From: Candidatus Bathyarchaeota archaeon | GTDB taxonomy: Archaea; Thermoproteota; Bathyarchaeia; Bathyarchaeales; Bathycorpusculaceae | DNA: 64,000 nucleotides | Reading direction: 5' to 3' | NCBI GenBank assembly: GCA_963767735.1 | Contig: CAVYES010000006.1 | Coordinates: forward strand, 416,001 to 480,000 | Shown: piece after piece, positions 41,514 through 51,800 of the stretch | Layout: every line of letters starts with the position of its first letter | Position numbering within the stretch: the stretch's first letter is position 1 | Notes under the pieces: generated by a model | Told to the model about the DNA's origin: nothing | Databases searched by the model: none | Seen by the model: only the letters and a program-made list of their open reading frames with translations | Made by a program: the position numbers and the translations under genes

Positions 41514-41720
41514 ATGGTTGAAGTTGGCGACCAGAGAAAGTGTCCTGAATGTGAAAGCATAGGCTGTGTGGTTTGGGTCTCGCAGGACAAGAAGACGATG
41601 GGAGTGCAGTGCCGCAGGAGCCATAGGGAAGCGAATAGATCCGCATCTAAATATGGCGCGACAGCGGTTCTCTCGACCAAGACAAGGAAAAACGTTGTTT
41701 TCATAACTGCGGCGGGATGA
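41514..41720 (+). CDS. Small Zn-ribbon-like hypothetical protein
   Basis: MVEVGDQRKCPEC...VQCRRSH. The start could be as far upstream as 41424. Confidence 0.55.
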   Translation: MVEVGDQRKCPECESIGCVVWVSQDKKTMGVQCRRSHREANRSASKYGATAVLSTKTRKNVVFITAAG

Positions 41721-41744
41721 TGACGTTTACTAATCTGGTTGGTT

Positions 41745-42056
41745 TTATATCACGTAAATGTCTTGTATGGTTACTAAGCCGTTGTCTCCAACTATTCTTT
41801 TAAGTTCTGGCAGAAGTGGCTCAAGCTTTGATTGCTCATCAATCACTTCTATTATCAAGGGCATGTTGACTGTTACGCCTTCAAGTTTGAGTGTTGATTT
41901 GCCGCGTTTCCCAAAGCCGTCAACGCCTGTCCAAACCGTGGCGCCGCTGACTCCTGCCTTGATTAAAAAATCGATTACAAGATGTTCAAGGCGTTTGCCG
42001 CCAACCTGGTCATTCCTTTTGAATCTGATAATTAAGCTCCACATTTTAAGTCTCAT
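41745..42056 (-). CDS. DUF190 (PII-like) protein
   Basis: AGVSGATVWTGVDGFG...MPLIIEVID...GLVT; a usual crcB partner. Confidence 0.9.
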   Translation of the reverse strand: MRLKMWSLIIRFKRNDQVGGKRLEHLVIDFLIKAGVSGATVWTGVDGFGKRGKSTLKLEGVTVNMPLIIEVIDEQSKLEPLLPELKRIVGDNGLVTIQDIYVI

Positions 42057-42442
42057 TCAAATATCCTCGTCATGATGGCGTTGCCGACTGCTTTTCCCCC
42101 TAATACAGCGCCTAAAGATAATCCGATGTTAGCTAGTATGTTTAATATTACCAAGATAAAGCGGTTGCTATCCATCAAGTTGCTGGTTTCAAGAGCGAAC
42201 GAGGACATTGTTGTGAATGCCCCACAGAATCCAGTAGCCACAAGCAAGGAGTAATTTGAGTCCAAGTTTAAAGCAAGCGCTAAAACTGAAAAGAGTCCCA
42301 GTATAAAGCTGCCGATAACGTTAACTGCTAAGACATTGACAGGGAGTCCGCCGACGGTTTTTGGCGAGGCAACCATTATGTAACGCAGAAAAACTCCAGC
42401 TACTGCACCAACCGCCAAGAGCACTAATTCAGTCATTTTCAT
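42053..42442 (-). CDS. crcB: Fluoride channel Fluc/CrcB
   Basis: GAVAGVFLRY, NVIGSFILG and TGFCGAFTTMSSFALE. Confidence 0.93.
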   Translation of the reverse strand: MKMTELVLLAVGAVAGVFLRYIMVASPKTVGGLPVNVLAVNVIGSFILGLFSVLALALNLDSNYSLLVATGFCGAFTTMSSFALETSNLMDSNRFILVILNILANIGLSLGAVLGGKAVGNAIMTRIFE

Positions 42443-42462
42443 ATTTACCTACCTTATTTTTT

Positions 42463-42528
42463 GGGTAGGCATTATCAGCATCCGTTGCGGAGCGGTTTTG
42501 ACTAAGTCAGGGCTAATGCCATAGCACA
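42463..42528 (-). ncRNA. Fluoride (crcB) riboswitch
   Basis: Minus strand reads GUGCUAUGGCAUUAGCC...AAACCGC...GCUGAUAAUGCCUAC, with GGCAUU/AAUGCC pairing, about 20 nt upstream of crcB. Confidence 0.88.
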
Positions 42529-42647
42529 GATTTCGCTAAAAATTAAGCTTGCAGCTATTATACTTATTGGTTCTCGGAGGCGTATTTTTGTGGTTCCGAA
42601 ACCTAAAATAAGCTGGCGACAAAATTATAGCCATTTGAGGTAAAATC

Positions 42648-43901
42648 TTGTCATCCATTATCGAGGACCTCATTGCAAGAAAAATTTTCAATAGTCGCGG
42701 AGAAGAAACAATAGAGGTTGACGTAATTACCACTGGCGGTTTCGGAAGAGCGTCGGCTCCTGCGGGAAAAAGCCGAGGAAAAGCCGAAGTGACCTATTAC
42801 CCGCAGGGTGGAGTTGAGGCAGCTGTAAAAAAAGTTGATGATTTAATTGCTCCTGAACTTGCCGGCTTAAACTCTGATTTTCAAGAAGAAATTGACAATA
42901 CTCTTCATGAGCTGGACGGGACCGCCGACTTCAAAAACATCGGCGGAAACACCGCATGCGCCATCTCTTTAGCCAATGCGGAAGCGGCTGCAAACTCTCA
43001 TGGTTTACTTTTATTCCAGTTTATGGGCGGAAACGCCGCAACCACGCTGCCTTACCCGCTTGGAAACTGCATAAGCGGCGGTGAACACGCACGGGGCAAA
43101 GCACCTGACATTCAAGAGTACTTGGCATTGCCGCACGGGGCTGAAACTTTTCTCGAAGCCCAAACAGCCAACACACAAATCCACCGCAAGATTGGCGATG
43201 CTTTAAGAAAGAAAAACAGCCAGTTTAACGGCGGAAAAAGCGACGAAGGCGCATGGATAGCCAACATCGACACTGTTGACGCTTTCGACGTTATCGCTAA
43301 AGCCTGCGAAGAGGTTGGTAACGAGTTGGATTTTGAATGCGGCTTTGGTATTGATGTTGCTGCTTCCTCGTTTTGGAAGCCGAAGGAAGAAAAATACGTT
43401 TACGCTAATGAAGGTAAAAAGCGTGACACGGCTGAACAGCTTGAGTTCATGCTTGAATTAATCGAGAAATATCATCTTGCATACGTTGAAGACCCTTTTC
43501 ATGAGGAAGACTTTGAAAGTTTCGCTGCGTTAACTCGCAAAGCTAAAAACTGCTTGGTTTGCGGGGATGATTTGTTCACAACAAATACTGAAAGGTTAAA
43601 TAATGGAATAAAGATTAACGCTGGAAACGCCATCATCATAAAAGTCAACCAGATAGGTACCCTATCCGATGCAGCTCAAACGATTGAAACTGCGCAGCGA
43701 TATGGGTATGACCCAGTCATGTCGCATCGTTCTGGCGACACATGTGATTGGCATATTGCGCATTTGGCTGTGGCTTACAAGTGCCCACTAATCAAGACAG
43801 GCGTAGTTGAGGGTGCACGCATAGCCAAACTCAATGAGCTAATAAGGATTGAGCATTTCCTTGGTAGCAGAGCCAAAATGGCTGATTTAAAAATACGCTA
43901 A
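42648..43901 (+). CDS. eno: Enolase
   Basis: NSRGEETIEV, EDPF, GDDL, KVNQIG, SHRSG and KTG. Confidence 0.93.
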   Translation: MSSIIEDLIARKIFNSRGEETIEVDVITTGGFGRASAPAGKSRGKAEVTYYPQGGVEAAVKKVDDLIAPELAGLNSDFQEEIDNTLHELDGTADFKNIGGNTACAISLANAEAAANSHGLLLFQFMGGNAATTLPYPLGNCISGGEHARGKAPDIQEYLALPHGAETFLEAQTANTQIHRKIGDALRKKNSQFNGGKSDEGAWIANIDTVDAFDVIAKACEEVGNELDFECGFGIDVAASSFWKPKEEKYVYANEGKKRDTAEQLEFMLELIEKYHLAYVEDPFHEEDFESFAALTRKAKNCLVCGDDLFTTNTERLNNGIKINAGNAIIIKVNQIGTLSDAAQTIETAQRYGYDPVMSHRSGDTCDWHIAHLAVAYKCPLIKTGVVEGARIAKLNELIRIEHFLGSRAKMADLKIR

Positions 43902-43916
43902 ACAGAAGATGAAAAA

Positions 43917-44708
43917 ATGTCAGAAGACGAAAATAAAGAAAATCAACCAGCAGAAAACGAAGAGGAAAACCAAGAGGAATCTATCGAGCAATCTATAGAG
44001 GAATCTGCAGAGGAACCCATGGAGGAAGAATCTTTCCAAGGGGAACAACCCGCAGTCGCCGAAGGGAAGTCTAAGGAAGCCCCGTCTGCAGAGGAGCTTC
44101 TCTTGCCGCGAGACACCTTGCTTTCTGCAGGTATTCATATTGGAACTAGGACGAAAACTCTTGACATGGTACCCTTCATCTACCGGGTTAGACCAGACGG
44201 GTTATTCGTACTTGACGTTAAAAAAACAGATGACCGAATAAGAGTCACCGCAAAGTTCCTCTCACGCTACGAGCACGCAAAAGTAGCAGTTGCAGCAACC
44301 AGATTGTATGCTCAAGAACCAGTCAAAAAATTCTGCGAGCTAACAGGTTCAACGCCTCTAATCGGCCGTTTCATCCCAGGGCAACTTTCCAATCCACAGT
44401 ATCCAGGCAGAATTGATCCTGAAGTCATACTTGTTTCAGACCCAAGAGCCGACGCACAAGCAGTAAAAGAAGCCTCAAAAGTTGGTATTCCAATCGTTGC
44501 GTTATGCAGCACGGACAACGAGTTCGCAGGCGTGGACCTAGTTATCCCAACAAATAACAAGGGCAGAAGAGCATTAGCCGTTATATTCTGGCTATTAACA
44601 AGGCAGATTCTCCGCGAAAGAGGCGAATTAGCCGCAGACAAAGATCCGCCAGCAACCATAGATGACTTCGAAGCAAAAGTTACAAGGGAAGAGGAGGAGG
44701 AACCCTAA
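43917..44708 (+). CDS. rps2: 30S ribosomal protein uS2 with an acidic N-terminal extension
   Basis: AGIHIG, GRFIPG, DPRADAQAVKEA and PTNNKGRRAL. Confidence 0.95.
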   Translation: MSEDENKENQPAENEEENQEESIEQSIEESAEEPMEEESFQGEQPAVAEGKSKEAPSAEELLLPRDTLLSAGIHIGTRTKTLDMVPFIYRVRPDGLFVLDVKKTDDRIRVTAKFLSRYEHAKVAVAATRLYAQEPVKKFCELTGSTPLIGRFIPGQLSNPQYPGRIDPEVILVSDPRADAQAVKEASKVGIPIVALCSTDNEFAGVDLVIPTNNKGRRALAVIFWLLTRQILRERGELAADKDPPATIDDFEAKVTREEEEEP

Positions 44709-44712
44709 ACCG

Positions 44713-45564
44713 TTGCCGACGATTCGGCGTCCAACCGTAGCAGGTCAATTTTATGAAGGCGACGCTGAAGCGCTTAGAGCACAAATTAAAAACTGTTTCC
44801 TCCATGATCTAGGCCCAAAAAAACTTCCCAACGTAAACTTGCATATTGACCCCAGGAACATAGTTGGCATGATTTGCCCCCACGCAGGCTACATGTATTC
44901 TGGTCCTGTGGCGGCATCAGCTTTTTATGAGTTAGCCTTAGATGGCAAACCCGACACTGTTGTGCTTATGGGTCCAAACCATACGGGTTACGGTAGCGCC
45001 TTGAGCCTTATGAATGAAGGCGTTTGGCGGACACCGCTTGGAGACGTAGAAATCGACGCTGAAATGGCCAACGAGATAATTCATGAAACCAACCTTATCG
45101 ACGTGGACGAGCTTGCCCACCGTCATGAACATTCTATCGAGGTTCAGTTGCCCTTTTTGCAGTTTCTCTACGGCAACACATTCAAGATTGTGCCAATCTG
45201 TTTTCTAATGCAGGATTACGGTTCCGCTGTTGAGGTGGGTAGGGCGCTTGTGGAAGTTTTAGAGCCTACAAACACCGTGGTTATCGCTTCTTCGGATATG
45301 ACGCATTATGAACCAGCAAAAACAGCAGCCGCAAAAGACCACGCTGCACTAAAAGCCGTCACGGATATGGATGCAAAACGCTTCTATGAAACAGTTGAAA
45401 CCCAAAACGTCTCCGCATGCGGTTACGCGCCAATAACAGCACTAATAACTTACGCCAATGGCGTCTATGCTAAAGCTGAACTGTTAAATTACCATAACAG
45501 CGGCGATGTAACGGGGGACTATTCAAGCGTAGTGGGCTATGCAGCGGTAAGTTTCAGAAAATAG
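44713..45564 (+). CDS. MEMO1 family (AmmeMemoRadiSam protein B)
   Basis: RRPTVAGQFY, PHAGYMYSG, EHSIEVQLPFLQ, SSDMTHY and VVGY. Confidence 0.93.
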   Translation: MPTIRRPTVAGQFYEGDAEALRAQIKNCFLHDLGPKKLPNVNLHIDPRNIVGMICPHAGYMYSGPVAASAFYELALDGKPDTVVLMGPNHTGYGSALSLMNEGVWRTPLGDVEIDAEMANEIIHETNLIDVDELAHRHEHSIEVQLPFLQFLYGNTFKIVPICFLMQDYGSAVEVGRALVEVLEPTNTVVIASSDMTHYEPAKTAAAKDHAALKAVTDMDAKRFYETVETQNVSACGYAPITALITYANGVYAKAELLNYHNSGDVTGDYSSVVGYAAVSFRK

Positions 45565-45605
45565 GCGGTCAAAAAATATATTTGCCTAAATTGAAGATTA
45601 ATCGT

Positions 45606-46259
45606 TTATATTGAGTCCCATCTTGTGAGAGCTTCTCGCCGTCTCTTTTCTTCTTTAAGTTGCTGTATTTCATTGTATAACGCGATTGCTTGTGTGAATT
45701 GTGCATCGTATTCTCGAATGATGTCTTGCATTTCTGTGCTCCAACTGAGAAGATGCGGATAGCAAGGAACTGTTTGTTTACCGCCTATTGGGTTTTCAAA
45801 CCAGTATTCTTGGTATTTGCCCGCGTTGCTTTTGGTGGTAACATTAAATCCGAATTCTTCCAGTACCCTGCCCAAATGTCCCAGTATGTGTCTTACAGCA
45901 TGGTCAAGGACTTCTGAGTACCTATCGGCTACTTGCTTATACTTATCAATTGGATCATGCAAATTTGGCTTTTGATGCCACCACAACGCAGGATTATCAA
46001 GCTCGTCTCGGACTATTTTTTCAGTGTTTTTAACCAATTCGTTAACTTTAGCCTTCATGTTAGCTATTTTTTCTTCACTCATCTTTAGGGTGATTTCAGG
46101 ATACTTGGTGATGTATTCTTTCGCTGTTTTTCTGAACCATTCAAACGCAAAGTCCATCGTTTCTTTAGTAAATTCTATTTTGAGTTCTTCCATGTACGAG
46201 CGAAGAGGCAAAAGCTCCGCTTCTTTTCTCTCAATTAAAACATCCGTTTCTTCACTCAT
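45606..46259 (-). CDS. Hypothetical helical protein
   Basis: 217-aa ORF with GAGGT SD; no recognised motif. Confidence 0.65.
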   Translation of the reverse strand: MSEETDVLIERKEAELLPLRSYMEELKIEFTKETMDFAFEWFRKTAKEYITKYPEITLKMSEEKIANMKAKVNELVKNTEKIVRDELDNPALWWHQKPNLHDPIDKYKQVADRYSEVLDHAVRHILGHLGRVLEEFGFNVTTKSNAGKYQEYWFENPIGGKQTVPCYPHLLSWSTEMQDIIREYDAQFTQAIALYNEIQQLKEEKRRREALTRWDSI

Positions 46260-46741
46260 ACCTCGGAAGCCTCAGTCACTCTCTTTTTGACCTTGTTTGA
46301 CTGCATGTTTCTATACTAACTATGTCATAAAAGACTTTTCAAGTGCCATTCAATTTACCTTTTTAACGTGCTCTCGATTCCATGGTGCATTTGAGAAGTT
46401 TACGCAAAATATAATCAAGCGGAAAGTCCCTATATAAGCAAGCGGTTGTAGCATCATATTGTAACCACATTATTTTATATTTTCTTACCACGTAATCATC
46501 TTTAAGCGAGAAAGGACTGCGGAGAATTGCCAACAAAGTTGGGCGGTCTGGTTGCTAACACGAGATAAGGTGTTTGCCCACCATCTTTCTAAGCCTTATC
46601 CGTATTAGCGCAAGGCTTGACCGACCTAACATTACTTTTTGCTCATTAACCAAACCTCAAAGCTCATGCTGTCTCTCTTCTGAGCGAAAAGAATGTTTTT
46701 ATTTGGTTAGCGTAATAGCTACCTTTCAAGGTGCCACAGCA

Positions 46742-47683
46742 ATGGGTAAAGGGTCAGGTTACGGAAAAGTCATCTTATTCGGTGAACACTTCGTCGTCCA
46801 CGGTGGACCGGGCATTGTTTCCGCGATTGATTCCACAACTGACGCGGAAGTTAAAAAAGCGGCAAAAGGAATCAACGTTAAAGATGAGCGGAAAACCGCT
46901 AAAGGCTACAGCGAAGAAAAACGGCTCCAGCAAATCGAATCAATCGAGCGAATGCTAAAGGCCATGGGCATCGACCCCAAAACTGGGCTCGACATTTGGA
47001 TTGGCGGAACACTTCCAGGCTTCAGCGGCTTAGGTGCTTCTGCAGCAAGCAGCGTCGCCATCGCACGAGCCATCGCACAAGAGCTTGGAATGCAAATTAC
47101 CGACGAGAAAATTAATCAAATTGCTTATGAAGCGGAGAAAGCGTATGCTGGCAACCCCTCAGGCATCGACAATACTGCAGCAACTTACGGCGGGTTGATG
47201 TGGTTTAAAAAAGACGTGGCCGGCGGACCAGACAAGATAGAAAAACTTCATTTGCGCAGACCAATCGAAATTGTCATTGGTAGCACGGGCAAAGTCGCGA
47301 ACACCAAGGTCATGGTGGAAGGCGTAGCGGAACGTAAAAAGAAGAACCCTGCTAAATACGACCCAGTCTTCAAACAAGCTGAAAACTTGGCGGTTGCTGG
47401 GCGCAGAGCGCTGGAAAACTATGACCTGAAAAAAATCGGGGAGCTTATGAACGAAAACCATCGCCTGCTCCAAGAAATAGGTGTATCCAGCAAAGAACTC
47501 GACATACTGGTCGATTTAGCCCGCAAGCAAGGCGCTTTCGGCGCAAAACTCACAGGCGGAGGAGGCGGCGGATGCATGGTAGCGTTGACCCCAGGTAAGG
47601 AGTTGCAGGGCAAAGTTTTAAGCGCAATCAAAAGCTTAGGTCTTGAAGTGCTCAGTACAAAAATTGGTGTTGAGAAATATTAG
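46742..47683 (+). CDS. mvk: Mevalonate kinase
   Basis: GKVILFGEHFVVHG, SGLGASAA, PSGIDN and AKLTGGGGGG (GHMP motifs). Confidence 0.92.
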   Translation: MGKGSGYGKVILFGEHFVVHGGPGIVSAIDSTTDAEVKKAAKGINVKDERKTAKGYSEEKRLQQIESIERMLKAMGIDPKTGLDIWIGGTLPGFSGLGASAASSVAIARAIAQELGMQITDEKINQIAYEAEKAYAGNPSGIDNTAATYGGLMWFKKDVAGGPDKIEKLHLRRPIEIVIGSTGKVANTKVMVEGVAERKKKNPAKYDPVFKQAENLAVAGRRALENYDLKKIGELMNENHRLLQEIGVSSKELDILVDLARKQGAFGAKLTGGGGGGCMVALTPGKELQGKVLSAIKSLGLEVLSTKIGVEKY

Positions 47684-47694
47684 GTTGGAGCAAC

Positions 47695-49002
47695 TTGGGG
47701 TTTAGAAATTTTATAGAAGCACTGGACAAAAGCGGCGAATTAACAAGAATCACAAAGCCAGTTTCCACCGAGTACGAGTTAGCAGGGATAATAAGTGCGC
47801 TTGGCGAGAAACCAGTTTATTTCGAAAAAGTTAAAGAGTCAAGTTATCCTGTTGTGGCAGGACTCGTGTCTTCTAAAGAATTGATTGCTCGGTCGTTGCG
47901 CTTAAAAAAAGACCAGTTACTGCCCAAATTATCTAATTCAATAGAGCATCCAGTGCCGCCGCAAATAATTGGAAAAGGAGTATGCCAAGAAGTCGTGGAA
48001 ACCGACGTTGACTTAACCAAGCTCCCTATAATGCATTACACGGAAAAGGACGGCGGAAAATACATTGCTTCAGCAGTAACCATTATCAAAGATCCGCAGT
48101 TGGGCAGAAATATGTGTTTCCACCGCCTAATGCTTAAAGACAAAAACCACTTCGTCGCCCGTGTCGTGGAAGACCGCGGCACAGACACAGCACTCAAAAA
48201 AACAGGTGGAGAACTCGACATAGCCATATGCATCGGAAACTCAACTGCAGTTCTGCTTTCAGCAGCCACTTCATTGCCCAAAGGCGTAGATGAGTTGGGA
48301 ATGGCTAACGAACTGGAAAAAACGGAACTGGTAAAGTGCAAAACCGTGGATTTGGAAGTGCCAGCGGACTGCGAGTTTGTGCTGGAAGGAAGCATCACCA
48401 AGGAGAAAGCTTCTGAAGGGCCATTTCTCGATTTAACAGGCGTCGTTGACCGCATGCGCCAGCAGCCAATCATCGAAATCAAATGTATAACTCACAGGCA
48501 AAATCCCATTTACCAAACCATCCTCGCAGGCAAAAATGAGCACAAGTTCCTCATGGGCATGCCAAAAGAACCCACAATCTTCAACGAAGTCAACAAGGTC
48601 TGCCAATGCAAAGACGTCTACATCACCCCAGGCGGATGCAGCTGGCTTCATGCTGTTGTGCAAATCAAAAAGCAGAACGCTGACGACGGCAAAAAAGCGA
48701 TAGCCGCGGCGTTTGAAGGACACAAATCACTCAAGCACTGCGTGGTGGTTGATGAAGACATCAACATTTATGACCCCCACGATGTGGAATGGGCTATTGC
48801 CACAAGGTTCCAAGCTGACAAAAACACGGTTATCCTCTCTAACCAGCCTGGCTCTTCACTTGACCCGTCAGGCGACTTAACCGAAGGCAAAAAAGCCACC
48901 ACCGCCAAAGCCGGCTTAGACGCCACTGCACCGCTCATAACAACGAGCAAAGGCTTCAAAAAAGAAGAATACATCAAAGTAGACTTAGACAGGTACCTGT
49001 GA
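47695..49002 (+). CDS. UbiD-family decarboxylase (probable anhydromevalonate phosphate decarboxylase)
   Basis: EGPFLD, VVVDEDINIYD, WAIATRFQAD and SSLDPS; lies between mvk and the AcnX genes. Confidence 0.88.
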   Translation: MGFRNFIEALDKSGELTRITKPVSTEYELAGIISALGEKPVYFEKVKESSYPVVAGLVSSKELIARSLRLKKDQLLPKLSNSIEHPVPPQIIGKGVCQEVVETDVDLTKLPIMHYTEKDGGKYIASAVTIIKDPQLGRNMCFHRLMLKDKNHFVARVVEDRGTDTALKKTGGELDIAICIGNSTAVLLSAATSLPKGVDELGMANELEKTELVKCKTVDLEVPADCEFVLEGSITKEKASEGPFLDLTGVVDRMRQQPIIEIKCITHRQNPIYQTILAGKNEHKFLMGMPKEPTIFNEVNKVCQCKDVYITPGGCSWLHAVVQIKKQNADDGKKAIAAAFEGHKSLKHCVVVDEDINIYDPHDVEWAIATRFQADKNTVILSNQPGSSLDPSGDLTEGKKATTAKAGLDATAPLITTSKGFKKEEYIKVDLDRYL

Positions 49003-50207
49003 CAAATATGCAACTAACTAAACAAGAACAGAAAATGCTTGACGGCGCTGAAGGCTACGCTGTACAAAAAAGCATGGAAATCCTCGTCGCGCTAGGGAAT
49101 ATTTACGGTGCAAGGAGTCTAATCAAAGTAGGCAGTGTTCAAGTCTCAGGCGTATCCTACCACAACCTCGGCGACGCGGGCTTAGAATTCCTTAATGAGC
49201 TGGCAAAAGACGGAAAAGTCAAAGTTCTCACCACTCTAAACCCGGCTGGAATGGACTTGGAAAATTGGCAGCAACTAGGAATCAGCTCAGAGTTCGCAGA
49301 AAAACAAAACCTCGTAATAGATGCCTTCCAAAGAATGGGGATACTGGTCACATGCACTTGCACGCCGTACTTGATAGGAAATTTGCCGCTTTACGGCGAA
49401 CACATCGCATGGTCGGAGAGCTCAGCTGTCACGTTTGCAAACTCGGTAATCGGCGCAAAAACGAACCGTGAAGGCGGACCATCCGCGCTGGCAGCGGCAT
49501 TCGTGGGCAAAACGCCCTGCTATGGGTTGCATTTGGATGAGAACCGCGTGCCCGATGTTCATGTGGAAGTGAAGACTGAATTAACGAAATTGTCTGATTG
49601 GGGTGCACTGGGCTATGCGATTGGCAAAAAAGCGGAAAACAAAATTTCTTACATTACTGGCATACGATTGGTAGACCTTGATGAGCTCAAGTCTTTCTGT
49701 GCTTCCGTAGTGACTTACGGAGCCAAACCGCTCTTCTATATGAAGGGTGTGACGCCTGGAGCCGAATTGCTGGCTCAACCGAAAGAGACCGTTAGCATTG
49801 AAGAAGCAGATATCAAAGACGCTTACAACAACATAAACGACCAAGTAAGCGACATTGAACTGGTTTGCGTTGGTTGCCCGCACTGTTCAATCAACGAAAT
49901 CGCCAAAGTAGCCGAGTTGATAAAAGGGAAAAAAGTGGCGGAGGGCACGGAGTTTTGGGTTGCCACCTCAAGAACAGCAAAACAACTCGCCGACAAACGC
50001 GGCTACACCCAAGCCATCACAGCAGCTGGCGCCAAATTCGCCTGCGACACATGTATGGCAGTTGCGCCGTTGAAGGGCAGGTTCAAATCTTTGGCGACAA
50101 CCTCGGCGAAAGGCTGTTTCTATTCAAGGCAGAACCTCATGAAAACTAAAATGGGCAGCATAGAAGAATGCGTGCAGGCGGCGGTGACTGGAAAATGGAG
50201 CAGTTAA
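48999..50207 (+). CDS. Aconitase X large subunit (phosphomevalonate dehydratase)
   Basis: TTLNPAG, CTCTPY, AWSESSA, GCPHCS and DTCMAVAP. Confidence 0.9.
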   Translation: MTNMQLTKQEQKMLDGAEGYAVQKSMEILVALGNIYGARSLIKVGSVQVSGVSYHNLGDAGLEFLNELAKDGKVKVLTTLNPAGMDLENWQQLGISSEFAEKQNLVIDAFQRMGILVTCTCTPYLIGNLPLYGEHIAWSESSAVTFANSVIGAKTNREGGPSALAAAFVGKTPCYGLHLDENRVPDVHVEVKTELTKLSDWGALGYAIGKKAENKISYITGIRLVDLDELKSFCASVVTYGAKPLFYMKGVTPGAELLAQPKETVSIEEADIKDAYNNINDQVSDIELVCVGCPHCSINEIAKVAELIKGKKVAEGTEFWVATSRTAKQLADKRGYTQAITAAGAKFACDTCMAVAPLKGRFKSLATTSAKGCFYSRQNLMKTKMGSIEECVQAAVTGKWSS

Positions 50208-50581
50208 AGGGCAGATTAATCTCTAAAGGCAAAGGCGAAGGAGAAGCTCTCGTAACTTCCCAGCCTATATCCTTCTATGGCGGAGTTGACCCGAACACGG
50301 GCGAAGTCATAGAAAAAGGACATGAGCTTCAGGGACAAAGCGTCAAAGGCAAAATCCTCGTGTTCCCAACAGGCAAAGGCTCAACAGTCGGCTCATACAC
50401 GCTGTATCGCATGAAAAAGAACGGCACCGCACCAGCCGGCATGATTAACAAGGAATGCGAAACCGTTGTCGCCGTAGGCGCCATAATCAGCGAAATCCCC
50501 TGCGTTGACAAAGTAGATATATCTAAAATTAAGGCTGGAGATAACGTTCGAGTGGAAAATGGCGTCATCTCCATTTTCTGA
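50195..50581 (+). CDS. Aconitase X small swivel subunit (DUF126)
   Basis: ISFYGGVDP...GKGSTVGSY. Confidence 0.9.
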   Translation: MEQLKGRLISKGKGEGEALVTSQPISFYGGVDPNTGEVIEKGHELQGQSVKGKILVFPTGKGSTVGSYTLYRMKKNGTAPAGMINKECETVVAVGAIISEIPCVDKVDISKIKAGDNVRVENGVISIF

Positions 50582-50787
50582 ATTTTTGCAACAAGCTGTA
50601 GGTTCAAACTAAGTTATTGGCTCATCAGTTGTGTGGCGCTATCTTGTCCTTTGCCACAGAATGCATGTGTAGCCCAAAGAAAATCAGCGGAAGTGTAAAA
50701 ATTAAAAAGACTAAGGTCTAATCTTTAATTAAAATAAACAAATTCTAAATACTTTCGTAATACTTATGAAAGCAAGGCCCCAGAGTT

Positions 50788-51487
50788 ATGCAGCCACAAG
50801 ACAAAATCAAAAACGATAAAGCACATAGGTATTGCTGTTCCAACCCTAATTGCAAGAAAGTCTTTTCCAAACCTAAAATTATCAAATATTACGTATGCCC
50901 TGCATGTCAAACAATAGTCGACATGAATTTCGAGAATTCTCAATTAATCGCTCGAAGAAAAACCCCCAACACTGAGAAAACCAAAAGAAGGCAATAAAAG
51001 CAAAAAACAAGAGCCGGAAGCAATAACGAGCCAACAGACACAAGAGTTGGGAGCAATAATGAGCCAACGGGCACAAGAGCTGGAAGCAATAACGAGCCAG
51101 CAGGCAACAACCGATAATGAAATAATGCCAATGGAAAAACCTGAAGAAAAAGCGGTTTTGGAAACAGTGGAACCGGCTCAAATGGAAGAGCCCAATATCG
51201 TGGAAGTCAAGGTAAACAAAGAGTCTACCGTTACGGGAGATTATGACCTGCCTTTCACATTGGGAAATAGCGATGAGCACAAAGAAACAGTTAAAGAACA
51301 AACGGGGCAGTCCTCGGACTTTCAATGTAAATACTATTTTGGGTACCTCAGTCAAAGAAACAAGGAAGAAGTAATACCTGAAACATGCTTCGGATGCCTC
51401 AAATCTATAGAATGCATGATGTCCGAATACAATAAAACCAAAGAAACGATTGATGAAATTAAGAAGTGGTATTCTTTCAAACTGTAG
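50788..51487 (+). CDS. Double zinc-binding protein with a repetitive acidic linker (frameshift near 50950)
   Basis: CSNPNCKKVFSKP...YVCPAC in one frame and CKYYFGYL...IPETCFGCLKSIEC in the +1 frame; same architecture as 7382-7717. Confidence 0.65.
51008..51106 (+). repeat. Three copies of a 33-bp coding tandem repeat (QE(P/L)EAITSQQx)
   Basis: CAAGAGCCGGAAGCAATAACGAGCCAACAGACA followed by two variants. Confidence 0.85.
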
Positions 51488-51800
51488 CTTAACAATTGCG
51501 GCCCATTTTTCGTAATTATTCACTCTTCGGCTTGTTTATTTTAATTGATTTTCTTGGTATCGTAGATTTGATTATTGTTTTTCTGGTTTTCCGTCAATAT
51601 TGGACATAAGTCGGTTAAAGACCTTTTTTGCTTATTGGGCTTCTTTGGAAAAACCAGTTTTTTTGGTGTTATGCGGATATTTGGTCTGTATTAGTGTTAT
51701 ACGGATATTTGATACATATTAGTAATTCGTAAGAGTTAATATAGTCCACTGTGTAACAAATCACAAATCAAATAAATAAAAAAATGGAGGTAAAAAAAAT

